Positions 37,224-51,112 of a stretch of DNA of 64,000 bases are shown here, one piece after another. Position 1 is the first letter of the stretch; the number at the start of each line of letters is the position of its first letter. The stretch is from Nemertoderma westbladi (lineage: Eukaryota; Animalia; Xenacoelomorpha): NCBI GenBank assembly GCA_032718475.1, contig JAUCBJ010007128.1:7915-71914 (forward strand), read 5' to 3'. The position numbers were made by a program, and so were the translations under genes. The notes under the pieces are model-generated. The model was not told where the DNA came from. It saw nothing but the letters and a program-made list of their open reading frames with translations, and made no database searches.

Positions 37224-40166
37224 GTTTTAGTAAGACCAAATCAAATGAGGCTAAAATAAAGGGGTTTATACATTGAACTACAACAAACAACACCATAACA
37301 TAGTATTATAAATACATAGTACCCTAATGCACTGGAACAACTTATTCATTCAGCTACAATAAAGTGTAAATCACGGGTGAATGAAAAATGTTGTTTTTAA
37401 TGAATTTTAAATTTGCAAAATGTTTCTTATTGACAGTTGACCCCACCACAACAAATTCAAATCTGAAAAGTTTGCCACTGGTGCTAATTTTGAGTGAATG
37501 GTTGGAAAAGTTTGGTTTTGTATTTATATATTATATGTTCTTTCTAGCAAATATTGAAGTATTTAATGTACAAACAAAAGCTATCTATCTATAACTGGAA
37601 TTCATACGTAATGTTTTATTTAAATCTTTGATTTAAAAGGTTGTGCATATTACCATATACTTTTTGTTCTGTACTGTAGTATACTGTATTGTATGGGGCG
37701 CCGTTCCGGCCAAAAGTATAGGATATTCTCGGCTCCGAGAACGGTCGTGTACCTGATATATTTCAACCAGTTCTTCACTCTAAGTCTCTGCGCGACCACT
37801 CTTGCAAACTGCAGCAGCTGCCATGCATATCAGCCGCTATCCAATCTCTAGAAAGTTTTAAAAACAGGTTATCTGCAATGGATTTTAGCAGATTTTTAAA
37901 GTACGATCCTTTTATGTAAATATGATTTTAATATTTTTAATCTATAATATTTTACTCCCTTATAAATAATTATTATTTAACTTGTGCCTGTTTTCAATTC
38001 TATTAATTATAATTAAACTTACATGAAAAGCAGTCTTTCCCATTCCTCTTATTTTTTAGTAGCTAGATATTATTCTAAGTGCAATTTAAGTATATTTTTG
38101 TTTTCAATTCAATACGCTGTTATGGCTGTGATGTCTCCCTCCATTTATCCTTTATTAACTACGATGGATGGAAGATGAACAATGTCAAGAACTCAGAGAG
38201 GAACAAAAATGTGTGGAGGATGAGAAATGATGCCAAGCGAAATGGGCTGAGATGCTACAATTGATGGCCACTTTCAATAGTATCCAGTCGATGTTCCGGT
38301 TGATGCAGGCATTACATTGCACCAGCAGCAGCAACCTCGCCTTCATGATCTCGCTTGGTCAGCTGCTACCCATCCACCAATAATTGTAAACCTGAATACT
38401 TCAGTTGATCATTTCAGCCAGTATTAGTGTACAACTTTGGGACAACTATACCACTGTGGTTCACCTTGAAGAATTCCTGGAACTGGAACAACTTGCTGCC
38501 TTCCTATGCAGAATACACTAGGATGTATAATATATACTATTCTATACTGATATCCAACTTGCTGAACGTGGAAATGTATTTACAATTAATTTTTAATTAA
38601 TTCAACCAATCTGATAGACATACTATTAGGTTTAAATGAGTTACACAAATAGTGCCTGGAAAACTGTATATGTAATCAAAACCTTTCAAATGCTAAAATT
38701 CTATAATATCGTATGGCTGGAAGATATGCCGAAATTGATTACATCTTTTGTCTATGGAGGCCATCCCATGAGTTATGTAACCAGTTGTGTAACTTTGGAG
38801 TAACCCTAGCGTATATTTTACAAAACACATCTAACTTAAAAAGCAAAATCTTTTGGCATTATTGCCTGTTTATGGAATCTGAACAGAATTTCAATTGAAA
38901 CTGCAATAAAAATCTACAAAATGAAAATTTACCCTCTGTGCATGTACACTATCTACCCTCTCTATTCAAATTATGGGGGAAATTCTTAATGCATTTCTAC
39001 TGGGTCTATACAACACGGGGCAGGATGTGGAACTTTGTCATCATCACTGATCCATCACCCTCTGGAATTGATTATACATTAATGGCTAATATACTAATAC
39101 AAGTCATTGAAATAAGGTTTTCTCCTTGGTTGATCTACTTGTTAGGATCTTCAGAGTATTTCTCTGGATTTTCCTGCTCAAATATGCCTTATCCAATCTG
39201 AACCATTTCAGAATCGTCATCTACCGACTCACAACCAAAAGGAAAACAAGTGCAAATAATATAGTTCTGGAGAGATTCCTAACTCTATAGGACCATTGTC
39301 TCACTAGGATGCTTATTGCTCATCCCATGGGTTGGAAGTTGAACAGAAGGCCAATGTGTTGAAGATATTATTTCTACTGTATTTTGATCTGAAGTCTGGT
39401 GTTGGGTTGTACTGTATTATTGGCGTGATAGTGAATCCAAGAAAGACTAAGGATGGCATGGTCCTGCAAATGTTATTGGTACAGATGATGTAGTGTTTTT
39501 ACACCATGGTGGTTCAATTATTAAGGTGCACAAAACTCATCTTAGAAGATCTATAGAAAAAGATGGCTTAGTTAAGGTGAACAAAGAACATAATGTTGAT
39601 GCAACTGGGATTATTGCTCATCCTCATGAGCAGCTTGATATGTTTAAATTGAACACTGAAACTGCAAACAGTCAAAAGGAGGTACCTCTAGAGGGGTTTC
39701 AAAAACTTGATATACTTGATGGTAATCAACAAAACATAATGAAATCTGCTGTTTCAGAACAAACACCTATCCAGGATAGAGAAAGTATCACTACTGGTTA
39801 TCAATAAAATAAACTGATGAATGGTGCTGAATCAAATGAATGTGAGATGCCTGTGCCAAATGTAATACAGCGACCCAAGCATACTGTTGAACCAATAAGA
39901 CACTATGGTATAAATGATATATATAGTGTATGTAAGTCTACCAATGATATTGAAGATATTTCTTAGCATCTACAATAGCAGAAGCGAAAGATGTTGAGCT
40001 ATCCAACTGGAAAGAATATGGTGTTTATATTGAGATTGGAGAACATGGAATCAGTAGTCCAGCAGTTACCACAAGGTGTGTCATCACTGACAAATCTGAC
40101 AGTAATGGAAATTTGTTTAAGAAAGCCAGATAAGTTATTCGTGGCTTCCAAGACATTAATAAGAAT

Positions 40167-41786
40167 ATTATGATAATAGCGAATGAAAAAAATGCCATAG
40201 TTATTAAAGTATTTAAATTCGAACATGTTTCATTAAACTTGATTAGGACTTCAAGGAAATTTAGAGAGTGGCGTAGTTCATGTTCGATGGTAAACTCAAT
40301 GCCGTAATGTTTAGAGTTAAGGTAGTTCAGAAAATCTGTAGCATGCTTTTGGTCACGCTACAGATTTTCTGAACTACCTTAACTCTAAACATTACGGCAT
40401 TGAGTTTACCATCGAACATGAACTACGCCACTCTCTAAATTTCCTTGAAGTCCTAATCAAGTTTAATGAAACAGATAACTCATTCCACACATCTATTTAC
40501 CACAAACCAACCTTTACTGGCCTATACACTTCCTATGACAGTTTTATCCCGAATAAATTTAAAGTTTCCCTTATTGCAACGCTAGTTTACCGCTTGCTCA
40601 TGATCTGCTCCACCTGGTGCCAATTTCAAACAGAAATATCAGTCCTACATAAGCATCTTACACTAAATGGATACCCTATGACTATGTTGTCATGGGTAAC
40701 GGACAAAGTTATCGTGAAATTCACACATGCACCTAATGTTACCCCTGACACTGTTCCAAAAAAGTCAGTAATTTTAGTTCTACCGTACTTAGGGACGTAT
40801 TCAACCATCCTACAGAAACGTTTACGCATCCTGTGCAAAGCTTACAGTGTAACTTTAGGATCATATTCCGGCCCGCAACCCGGCTTGGGGTTTTTTTCCC
40901 ATTCAAGGATAAACTTCCATTATCTCTCAGATCTCTTACCTTATATAAATATAAGTGTAGTAGCTGTGATGCTACTTATATTGGTGAATCAAAACGCCAT
41001 TTCAAGGTAAGAGTATGTGAACATATTGGTATTTCTCCCCGAACAGGAAGACCCACATCCGCTCCCAGACACTCAGCAATACATGATCACTCCCTAGAGT
41101 TTGATCATAAGGTGTCCTATACTGATTTCACGGCTATAAGTAGGGCCAATACAAATTACGATCTTTTCATTAAAGAAAGTCTGTATATCAAGCATGAGAA
41201 ACCTACTCTTAATATCCAAGGGACGTCCTTTCCTTTACACCTGTTCCAGTAAATTATCTTTCCGCAAACCCATCCCTGCCCCCCCCCCCCCCCTCCCCCC
41301 GACCGAGCACTTATGTACACTACCTACCCTATACATTAATTCTAAATATTGTTTTTTTTTCACTATCTTACGTGCACCTACAATAGGTTTTGTTTTGATT
41401 CACCTATTTGTTTTTATATACTGTAGTTAGGTAACCCCAATAATTATGTATCTATATGTTTTTACGTTTACCCATATACATACCTGTAATCAATTCTGCT
41501 ATAATACTTACTGCCTACCGGTATTTGTTGCATACTCCTAATAACTTTAATTTTACATGATTCTGAATTCTGATATTGTTGTATTTAAATCTATTGCAGT
41601 ACTGTAGTATAAATATGTTAATTTGTTCATTTTTACTGTCTGTTAGCCTACGCTGATGATGATTTATTGATTAAATCAAAACGTTCGAATTTAAATACTT
41701 TAATAACTATGGCATTTTTTTCATTCGCTATTATCATAATATTCATATTAAGACTGAGATACCCCACTGGGACTTCAATCACTTCT
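40167..41786 (+). mobile_element. 5'-truncated, 5'-inverted Penelope-like element (RT C-terminus plus GIY-YIG endonuclease)
   Basis: 12-bp TSD ATTAATAAGAAT (40155-66, 41787-98). LNFLEV..IYHKPT..; YKYKCSSCDATYIGES..EH...KESLYI..KPTLN. Segment 40163-40224 is the reverse complement of 41683-41744, and ~40226-40350 inverts ~40358-40470. Confidence 0.9.
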
Positions 41787-42572
41787 ATTAATAAGAATGT
41801 TCCAATCACAGAATCACCAATGGCAAATAGAGATGTTTTGAAAACGATTCTGACAATTATATGCCTTCACTAGGTTTTGTCCAAACGTTATTAATGTTAA
41901 AGCTGCCTTTTTACAAGGTAGACCTTTTCAGCATGATGTCTTTGTTAAGCCTCCACCTGAAGCACAGACAAACCTCTATTGGAAATTACTAAAATGTGCA
42001 TATGGTCTTATTGATGCACGTTGGATGTGGTATGATACTAATAACCAAAGTGCTTACAACTTTCGTTATTGGTACACATAAATAAACATGACAATATCAA
42101 ATTTACTGGATTGTTTATTCAAACTGTTGAAGTGCTGAATGGTTTCCATATCATTTATTCTCTGCCAAATTACCTAGAAAATTTGAAACCAATTGTCACA
42201 AGAAGAGACATGTTAGCAATTGATCATAACTCTGAATATGAACATGCATATAGATATCTTTTAGGATCACTTCAATGGCTAGCTAACTCAACACGTCCAG
42301 ATATATTATATGGAGTATCATCCTTACTTGGAAATTCAAATAAACTTCAGGAAGACCATATTAAAGCTGCTAATAAACTATTGAGGAAAGCGAAAGGGGC
42401 TGAGCCTGTTGACATATTATGCAAACCTCTTGCTAAATTCATCATTGAAACATATGTTGATGGAGGGTTTGCGAATGTAGAGAATACTAGATCACAGGCT
42501 GGATTTATAAGCTTTTTGTCTGATAGTAAGAATCATAATGTTTTATCTTGCCATTCCAATCGCATACAGAGA

Positions 42573-42723
42573 ATATATTGTCAATAATTGTATTATTATT
42601 GTATATTGTCAAGAATATATACTTCTCGTATATATTTAGATTTATGATTATTTAGATTTATGATTATTTAGATTTATGATTATTATGATGATTATTTTAT
42701 AAGACTATTAAGTATATGTATGT
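42573..42723. mobile_element. Short retroposed insert with 14-bp TSD
   Basis: ATCGCATACAGAGA at 42559-72 and 42724-37 flanks an AT-rich segment with TTTAGATTTATGATTA repeats. It splits the copia RNase H remnant. Confidence 0.7.
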
Positions 42724-43662
42724 ATCGCATACAGAGAGTTTGCTGTTCAACTTTTGGAGCTGAGTTACTATCATGTGGAATATGAGATACTATCATGTGG
42801 AATAAGTGTTGATCATACATTATTCATTAAATCTTTATAAGAGGAAATGAAAATACATATTTCCACTATTAGATTATAGACTGACAGCAAAGGATTATAT
42901 CATCTCAATACTTTAACAAACAAAACAAATTTCTGAAAAATGATTAAAAATTGAACTGTCAATGATTCGATAATCAATGTCTGAAGATGGTATTCAGTTA
43001 TTCCATTTAGAATCTAAGGAAAATAAAGCAGATGTCCTCACAAAGGAGATACCAGGATTTGATTTATTGAAATACAAGCAAGAGTAGAACTATACAGAGA
43101 GACAAAGATTCGATTTATTGAAATACAAAAACAGTAGAACCATACAGAAAAATATTTATGTCCAGTGTTGGATGGATAAAGTTATATAAAAAAAAAAAAA
43201 AAATATATATATATCATAGAAAGGATACATTTTTTATATCTACTGGTGGTATATGTAATTTTTTTGCGTAACTATAATAGTGAATAATTTTTAGCCTTAT
43301 TTGTTAAGAAATTTAAAATTATATTTTTTTTAATAAAAAAAAGAAAGTGAAAGTAATATTGTTGAAGATATTATATCTACTGTATTTTGATCTGGTGTTG
43401 GGTTGTACTGTTGTACCAATCTCAGTTAGGTATAAGGTGCTGTTGTGTTTACTACCTACCAGTGTATTCTGTCAGTCTGTTATACAGTTATTGTTATTAT
43501 ATATAATATGTATTATAGTGTAATGGAGTTAATGTACCGACGATACATTTATTATTGAGATTTATACTTTTAACACAATGCACTACGCATTGGCCTTACT
43601 GAAAGTTTAGGTAGGTAATGCAACTTTAAGGAATTGGGAATGAGTTTCAACTCATTCTCTGA

Positions 43663-44198
43663 TGGGCAGCCTTGAATAGGCTTTCCAGGATTTGGAAGTA
43701 ACAGAGAATTAATCGGAAACTTAGGTCTGATTATTTAGAGCAGCAGTAGTTCCAGTACTCCTCTATGGGAGTCCATGCTGGTCTCTAACTGCTAAGGACA
43801 CCAAATCACGGGATGTCATATTCACAAGAATGCTATGCCGGGTTCATTGTTGTCAAGTACAATGCACACATCTCCAACCAGACACTATAGAACATTGGAG
43901 GTGTCTCATTGGTTCCCCCAAGCTTGACACTAGAACAAAGTACCGCCTCCGCTTTGCAGGAAATTGCTTTTGCCATGAGGACCAGCCAGTGCATTATCTT
44001 GTGCTTTGGCAGCCTCAAGGAGTGAATAAGCATGGTGGACAGCCCATGACTTTCTTGAGACGTATCTTAAAGGACACTGGCCTTGAAGATGCGGATGATC
44101 TAGCAAATGTCATGGGTGATAGGGAGTTGTGGCGGCGCAATTTTCTCGACAAGCCGACACAGCATTCTTAAAAATGCAGCTGTAATGCACCATGCCGA
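43663..44198 (+). mobile_element. RTE-like LINE 3' fragment, copy B
   Basis: Highly similar to ~47180-47712, with the same 3' end CATGCCGAT. Confidence 0.8.
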
Positions 44199-44569
44199 TA
44201 GAAGCTTTGTCAATAAGTTTTGATTAATTGTGTTTACTACAGCAATACTACAGTATAATAAATGAAGGAAACATATGGATTTATGCATATTGCTACAACT
44301 AACTGTCAGTAAGTGTAATGGGTCAAATTCTTTACTTTCTTCATTGTGGATCTATATTTCCATTGTATGAATTTTCCATATTTTTGTCATTATCGATTTG
44401 TTTATTGGAGTTTGTGCAGTTTGTTGTGTTAATATCAATGTGATAGATTGGTTTGTCTTATTTAGGTTGTAATCATTGCCTAATCAGTTGTAAATGTATG
44501 GTAATAAATTTGATGGTTAGATTTCCATAAAAAAATCATATTTGGTCAAAAATAAGATAAAAGATAAAA

Positions 44570-44830
44570 GTCATATTTGGTGGGGATCTCAGCCTGTTAC
44601 ACTGGCTCGGTAATTTTTCAAGTGAGATTAGTTTAGCAGCTGCACCATTACATCCACTTCTCAAGAAGGCCAATATTTTTCAGTGGACTCCCAATGCTGA
44701 ACTTCTTTAGCAGCTCTTGTTTCCCTGCCAGTACTCACTCCCTTTGATTCCAATCTTCTTGTTGAACTATATACTTATGCTTCTCAAATAGGAGAACATA
44801 GTTTCGCTTCATTACAACCAACTTCCTTGG
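44570..44830 (+). mobile_element. Ty3/gypsy RT-RNase H junction remnant
   Basis: AAPLHPLLKKANIFQWT...LVSLPVLTPFD...LYTYASQIG. Confidence 0.55.
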
Positions 44831-45379
44831 AATACTGCTTCAAAAAACTAGTTGAAACAAGAATGGGGGAGCCAGAAATTTCCAATTTGCTACAAATTAA
44901 TTATTTATTTTCTTCATATACACTTTTAATTATTTGTCTATTAGTGTTTCTTGTATACTATAGATGTGAGAGTAGATACTGTATGTAGTTTTTTGGAAAA
45001 ACATTGTTTAATGGATTGTTTAATAGTAGACGGGATAGTATTCCAAATGGTAGGACCGAGATAAGTAATAGATCATTGTGCAATATCCAACCTTGTATGG
45101 TGAATATGGAAATTACCTTGAGTTGAAGACCGGGTATAATATTGTGTGTGGCTGATGTTTTGTTAACAAGCACGAAATCGCGCAAAGGTCCGTGTCTACT
45201 AACGCATGAAATATCTCCTTGAATGGCTTACTACCGATCTTTCAACAAAAAACATTCACCGGAATTGGGGATTGAATTCGGTACCTAGAGATTCCAAGTC
45301 CCAAGCCTAACGAGAAATTAACACCAACCCCAACATCAACAACAACAATGGAATGAATACTAGAGGTCTCGCTACGCGG

Positions 45380-46449
45380 ACCTAAAAAGTAGACCTAAAT
45401 CTGAAAGAGGATTAATTCTAAAGCTATTAAAATGTCATGCATGAAGACAGCGGTCTGGTGTTTGAAAAGACATTCTAATGGTAATATATGTAATGACTTG
45501 TATAAGGGTGCAGACAAAGCCTGGAAGTGTCTGAGGTCTTACAATGGAGCAGTTTATTAATTTTAATACGGAGTGGCTTTAAAGTAGTAGCATTAGTACT
45601 TTCCCACAGTAGGAGTCCGTAGTGTAGGTAGGGGTGGATTAGACTGAAATAGAGTTGTCGAATAATATATAGAGGGAAGATATGGTGTAGTTTATAGAAT
45701 AACCAGCCGTTCTAGAAACCTTTTTAAGGATATATTGAATATGTGGTTTCCAAGACAAATTATTGTCTTCCCAATCTCCAAGTAATTTTGTACTAGTTTA
45801 ATAATTAATATTATTATTATTGATTCGAGGTCGTGGGATTTGGGTAGGATCATTAATTATATTGGAAAATATGGTATATTTTGTTTTGGACAAGTTAAGT
45901 GACAATCGGTTAGACATTAACCAGTCTGTAACTTTATCAAGCTGTGCAGTATATTAGTGTTAGAAATAAGGTCATTAGAATTTGGGTTGGAATGGTATAG
46001 TGTAGTATCATCTGCGAACAGGATGGACTGGAGGGTTGTAGCAGTAGGTAGGTCATTAATATAGAGTAAAAAAAGAATAGGAGAAAGTATGCCACCTTGC
46101 GGGACTCCTCAAAGTAGAGGTTCAAGAGCTGAATAGTTGTTATTGATAGAGACGTATTGATACCTACAGGATAGAAAACTAGCAAAGAGTAGGTTAGGAC
46201 TACCTCGGATTCAAGTTAAATTAGTATTTTATGGTTTAAGTATAAGTGAATTTTTTTGGTCTAGGGATTGGCGTATTTTTTCTATAACAGTTAGTAATGC
46301 ATGAGAAGTAGAAGTTTTAGCATGGAACCCAAATTGGGCTTTGTTTAGTATATTATATTTATTTAGGTAGGATTGTAGTTGTAAGTTGACTATTATTTCG
46401 AAAATTTTAGATAAAACGGGGAATAGAGAGATTAGCCTGTAGTTATTAT
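45380..46449 (-). mobile_element. Degenerate CR1/L2-like LINE RT fragment
   Basis: Minus-strand [28 protein letters not shown] and FADD remnants. Confidence 0.65.
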
Positions 46450-47712
46450 AATACCTGAGTGTTTAAAGCTCATCTATCCCATCATAGTCGACATGTACCG
46501 AACAACAAGAGTCCCACAAGAAATGAAAACAAATAAGTTGGTGCCAGTTCCCAAGAAAGGCAACCTAACACTCTATGGTTCTTTTCGGGGAATCTCATTG
46601 ATCTCGATTGCTGCAAAGCTAGACAATATAATTCTATTAAATCGCATCAGGGATCAGATCAGTATACGATGGTTCGACAACATTTGTGTCTACTGTTAAT
46701 GGTGACACAGAACCATTTGAAGTGTTATGGGGCGTCCTCCAGGGAGACACACTTGCACCATTCTTGTTCATAATTGTAGTTGACTATGTTCTACGCATGT
46801 CCTTAGATCATCATAATGATGATGGGGTCATGATATCTCCACCTACTGGCTCGAGGAAATCGAGGAAGTCGAGGAAATCCTGCCAAGTACCTAACTGATC
46901 TAGACTTTGCTGATGACTTAGGAGTACTCTAAGAATCACTAGAGGGAGCCCACGTCTCCTCAGCTAATTAGAACATGCTGCTTCTAGTGTTGGTCTTTTT
47001 ATTAACTCCAGAAAGACCAAAATTTTGACAGGTAACTTTGAAAGTCCTCAGCAAGTCTCTGATCGGATGAACATAAGCTCAAAAGATGGTATGCTTGAGC
47101 ATGTGGATGACTTCTGTTACCTGGTATCATGGATCCGGAAGTCAGGTGAGGACCTTTGAATACGTAAGGGAAAGGCATGGGCAGCCTTGAATAGGCTTTC
47201 CAGGATTTGGAAGTCAACGAGAATTAATCGGAAACTTAAGGTCCGATTATTTAGAGCAGCAGTAGTTCCAGTACTATTCTATGGGAGTCCATGCTGGGCT
47301 CTAACTGCTGAGGACACCGAATCTCTGGATGGCACATTCACAAGAATGCTACGCCGGGTTCATTGTGTCAAGTACAATGCACACATCTCCAACCAGACAC
47401 TATATAACATTGGAGGTGTCTCATTGGTTCCCCCAAGCTTGACACTAGAACAAAATCGCCTCTGCTTTGCAGGACATTGCTTTCACCGTGAGGATCAGTC
47501 AGTGCATAATCTTGTACTTTGGCAGCCTCATGGAGTGAATAAGCATGGTGGTCAGCCAATGACTTTCTTGAGATGCATCTTAAAGGACACTGGCCTTGAA
47601 GATGTGGATGATCTAGCAAATGTCATGGGTGATAGGGAGTTGTGGTGGCACAACTTTGTCGACAAGCCGGCACAGCATTCTTAAAAATGCAGCTGCAATG
47701 CAACATGCCGAT
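46450..47712 (+). mobile_element. RTE-like LINE fragment, copy C
   Basis: GVLQGDTLAPFLF, LDFADD, KLKVRLFRAAVVPVLFYGS, FAGHC. Starts at the same ATACCTGAG point as copy A and has an internal deletion relative to it. Confidence 0.85.
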
Positions 47713-47739
47713 CCTAGTAGTACTAGTAGTACAATGTAA

Positions 47740-48310
47740 TGCTGACAAATTCCTTGAGAGCCCATTCTACAAACAAATCTTGGTCCGAATCTCTACCACC
47801 AGTACTATTGGGACTGAGAGCTTCAGTCACATACCACGGATTTAGTCCATCACAAATGGTGTATGGTAGGACCATTGATCTACCTCAACAATTCTTTATT
47901 CCTACTAGTCAATCTGAAATAATTAAATTACCCGAATACATACGTTATTTAAAACCATCAACACATTTTCCATACCAACAAGAAACCATAATTATGCAGC
48001 ATACATACTGTCCTCATTGAAAGAAACAACACATGGCGTAATTACAACACATGGCGTAATTATAGACTCAAATCAAGTCTCAGTGATCGATATAAAGGAC
48101 CTTATCGAATTCTAGAACAAGATGAAAAAACTGTAAAGGTATCGATCAAAGGAGTGGAACAGAAACTGTCTATTGATTGCACCAAGCTGGCATTTTTACC
48201 TGCGGAAAGAAATGTACTCGTTATTGCTTCATCAATTCGATTCGCTCCTGAAGTACAATACTGTCATTTTAATAAGTATAATGCTCCACTTCTCATAAGG
48301 GGGGTCGTGT
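47740..48310 (+). mobile_element. Ty3/gypsy integrase C-terminal remnant with PPT
   Basis: WSESLPPVLLGLRAS...SPSQMVYG, YKGPYRILE, then AAGGGGGGTCG|TGTAA. Confidence 0.65.
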
Positions 48311-49438
48311 AATTGACAATTATATTAATCTAATATTAGTGTTGAACTTTGGTGAGAGGGAAATTCAAAGTAATAGAGTTCTAGGGTTATTCATTCAATA
48401 ACTGCAGTACTGTATGACTGTGAACTGGTGGAACTACAGTCCAACATTCTGACAGTGTCAGACACATATCAAATACCGGACTACTGAAATACGTAAAATC
48501 TATCTATCTGTCTGTTGAAATATAATTATACTATAATATTATAATCGAAGCTGTTTGCAAGATTCAGTATTAAACTGTTAATAAAAAATATTACATTGTG
48601 AATACAGTAGTTAGCTTACTGGTACCTTTACTAACATGAGTGAAAGTGAAAGTTGTAAGAATAAGACTACACTGTATGCCTATGGTATGTTTTTTGTTCA
48701 GAGTGTAGGTAGCTGTATAGACTGACTGCATGCATCGTACAGTACCGGTAGCGGTACCGCAGCTTCCTTTAAGGTCTCAATCACATCACTGCCTTACAAC
48801 TACAGAACCTACCTGACCGGTACTGAACAGAACATATTGAGCAAAAATTTAATGTACTGGTACTGTCAAACTAAAGGGGAAGTTGAGTACTGACTGACTG
48901 GTACACTACAAGTTCAGATTGCACACTCAACTCAGCCTACTCAGAGATCCTTTACTTTCAGTATTTGAAAATTATGGGCAGCAGCATCCTGATCCTGAAT
49001 GCGGGAATGCCATTCTCAACAGTTTCTACGATTCTACCATAACGACGAATGTACCAGACCTGCAGACAGCCAGACTTGTACCTGCCAGTTGTAAATAACG
49101 TAGGTTTACATACTGCACAATGCTGTAGAACTATGGTACCGGTACAGGTACATTATCTTACTGGGAGTAGAAATTAAACTAAGATCTAGTCTTTCTGTCT
49201 ATTGAAACAGATTGCAGTAGATTGATACGGTACTGGTACATCCAGAGAGTACACTTATACTACCGGTACTTAGTAAATTTTAGTGTGTGATTGGGAATTC
49301 TTGGGAACAATGACCTCCAAAGAGAAAGTAAATCAAATTAGTCCCGACTTGGAATTACTGGACACCATGATTACCATAGAGGACTGAAAGCGCCCCTCAA
49401 CCTCAGATATTGCTCCAAATTTAAACAGTGGTATTGAG

Positions 49439-50162
49439 TTGGTTAGTCCTGTTCCTAGCGATATTCAACGTTTATCACAAGATGATAAATCAGACTCTGA
49501 CTTTTTGCTAGATAATCGCAATAGTAACACAGAATCTGCTACACGCCAAGCTGTTTCAGCTTTTAGAAATTTCTTAAATCTCGTCAAGTGTGCCACACAA
49601 ATTGACCAATTTACATTTTATTATCTTGCCTATCATTTCAATGGATTCATTCGCCGGTACAAGAAACGAAATGGAGATAAGCTGGAAACTACAACTTTGA
49701 GATGCTATTTTTACGGTCTTCTCCATTATTTCTGTGACCTGAGACATGGCGATGTTCTACGACTGGCTCCATTCGTGCGTTCTAAAGAAATTTTACGTTC
49801 GCGTCTTTGCCAGCTAAAAGCAGCAGGAAAGGGTAACTTAGGAAATGCTAGTGATCCTTTGGATTGTAATGACTTTCGAGATCCCTGCTCAGCCACACTC
49901 TTACCCTGTATATCTTCATGAGTTGTATCTAAAGCGACGCTATCCTGATGGAAGAATCAATGGAGGTGATCGAAACTGGCTTAAACCTAAAGCCACAACC
50001 CCTCCTGGCAATGTATGCTGGTATTGTAACCAACCAACCGGGAAGCATTCCTTTACCTTTATGAAGACCATGGCTGAGAAAGCTGGATTAGCTGAAGAGG
50101 GCTGTAAGATCACTCAGGTCACCTGTAGGAAGACTGCTGCCCAGGTATTATGGGGTTCATAA
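49439..50162 (+). pseudogene. Crypton-like tyrosine recombinase (DUF3504/ZMYM-KCTD1-like) remnant, internally deleted
   Basis: NT..ATRQAV..F..F; KKRNGDKLETTTLR; F..S..IL....LK..GKG; LYLKRR; WY.NQP.GK; MK.MAEKAGL...IT...RKT. Confidence 0.7.
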
Positions 50163-51112
50163 TTTCATTTCATTTCCTCGGAACAGGAAAGCCTCGGCTG
50201 TTCCTTGGGTTAAAATAACCGGAAAAATAACAAAATATCAGGGTATTAAATATAGTTAGATGGCTCTGCCAACCTGCGCACGAAGTGACTCTACACAATG
50301 GTCTGTGCGCTATTTCCACAGAGTTGATGATTGCGTAGAAATTTGAGATTTTACCCTTCTTCTGTCGTGGATGGGATATGGGTTTTTATTTTGACATTGA
50401 CCCATATAAGAAAAATCTAAACAGAGAAATTTGGTGGGAAAGTTTTAAATATTTGAATGGGGTTTTCTCTAAAAGTACTTTTTCATGGTTATTTTTTACA
50501 CAAAGGTACATGACAACAGGTACACAAAGGTGGTGTCTCGACCTATCCGAGTTCCAAATTTCATAAAATTTAATTGAGCGGTTTATCCAAAAAGTGTACC
50601 TTCGTTTGTTAACCCTATTACCACTGGGGTGTTTAGACCATTAGCAGCACTGGCGGGGGGTCGATTCGCCCCCCCCCCCCGCTGTATTTTTGTAATCATC
50701 CAATAAAATCCTACGAAATTTGGGCTGTAGGTGAAAAAAGTATCGAAGAACATCTTCAAATGCAAAAAAATGAAAATTTCATTAGGTGGGTATAATAATT
50801 TTCATGAAAAATAGAAGTAGTCCCAGGACAAAATATAAATGTGATTAAATGTGATCGAATGTGATTATATCCCATTTCCTAAAATTGAACTGGATGCTAT
50901 TTTTCTCGCACCTAAGAAGTGGGCGTGGCACTTCAAATTTTGAAAAATACGATATTCGGAAAATACTCCCATCTTTTGATTTCAACGCGTTTTTATATGT
51001 TTTCTAGACCGCTGAATCGATTGAAAATATTATCGAAGCCGGAAGACGTAGTGGATCGTCTTCTTTGGAGCACCAAAATTAGGGTGTGGCACTTCAAATA
51101 TTGAATAATATG

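Larger units (their letters stand above)
39357..43575 (+). mobile_element. Decayed Ty1/copia element (GalEa-like) with a large 5' internal deletion
   Basis: 5-bp TSD CAATG (39352-56, 43576-80). 3' LTR 43360-43575 (TGTTGAAG...TTTAACA) follows a purine tract. Only ~60 bp of the 5' LTR remain. Remnant motifs WHGPANVIG..HGG, VKAAFLQG, YGLIDAR, GSLQWLANSTRPD and YVDGGFAN..SQAG. Confidence 0.85.

Noticed and set aside
45250-45312. tRNA gene or tRNA-derived SINE head on the minus strand
   Set aside because: Only a degenerate B-box-like word is present. No full cloverleaf or A box can be supported.
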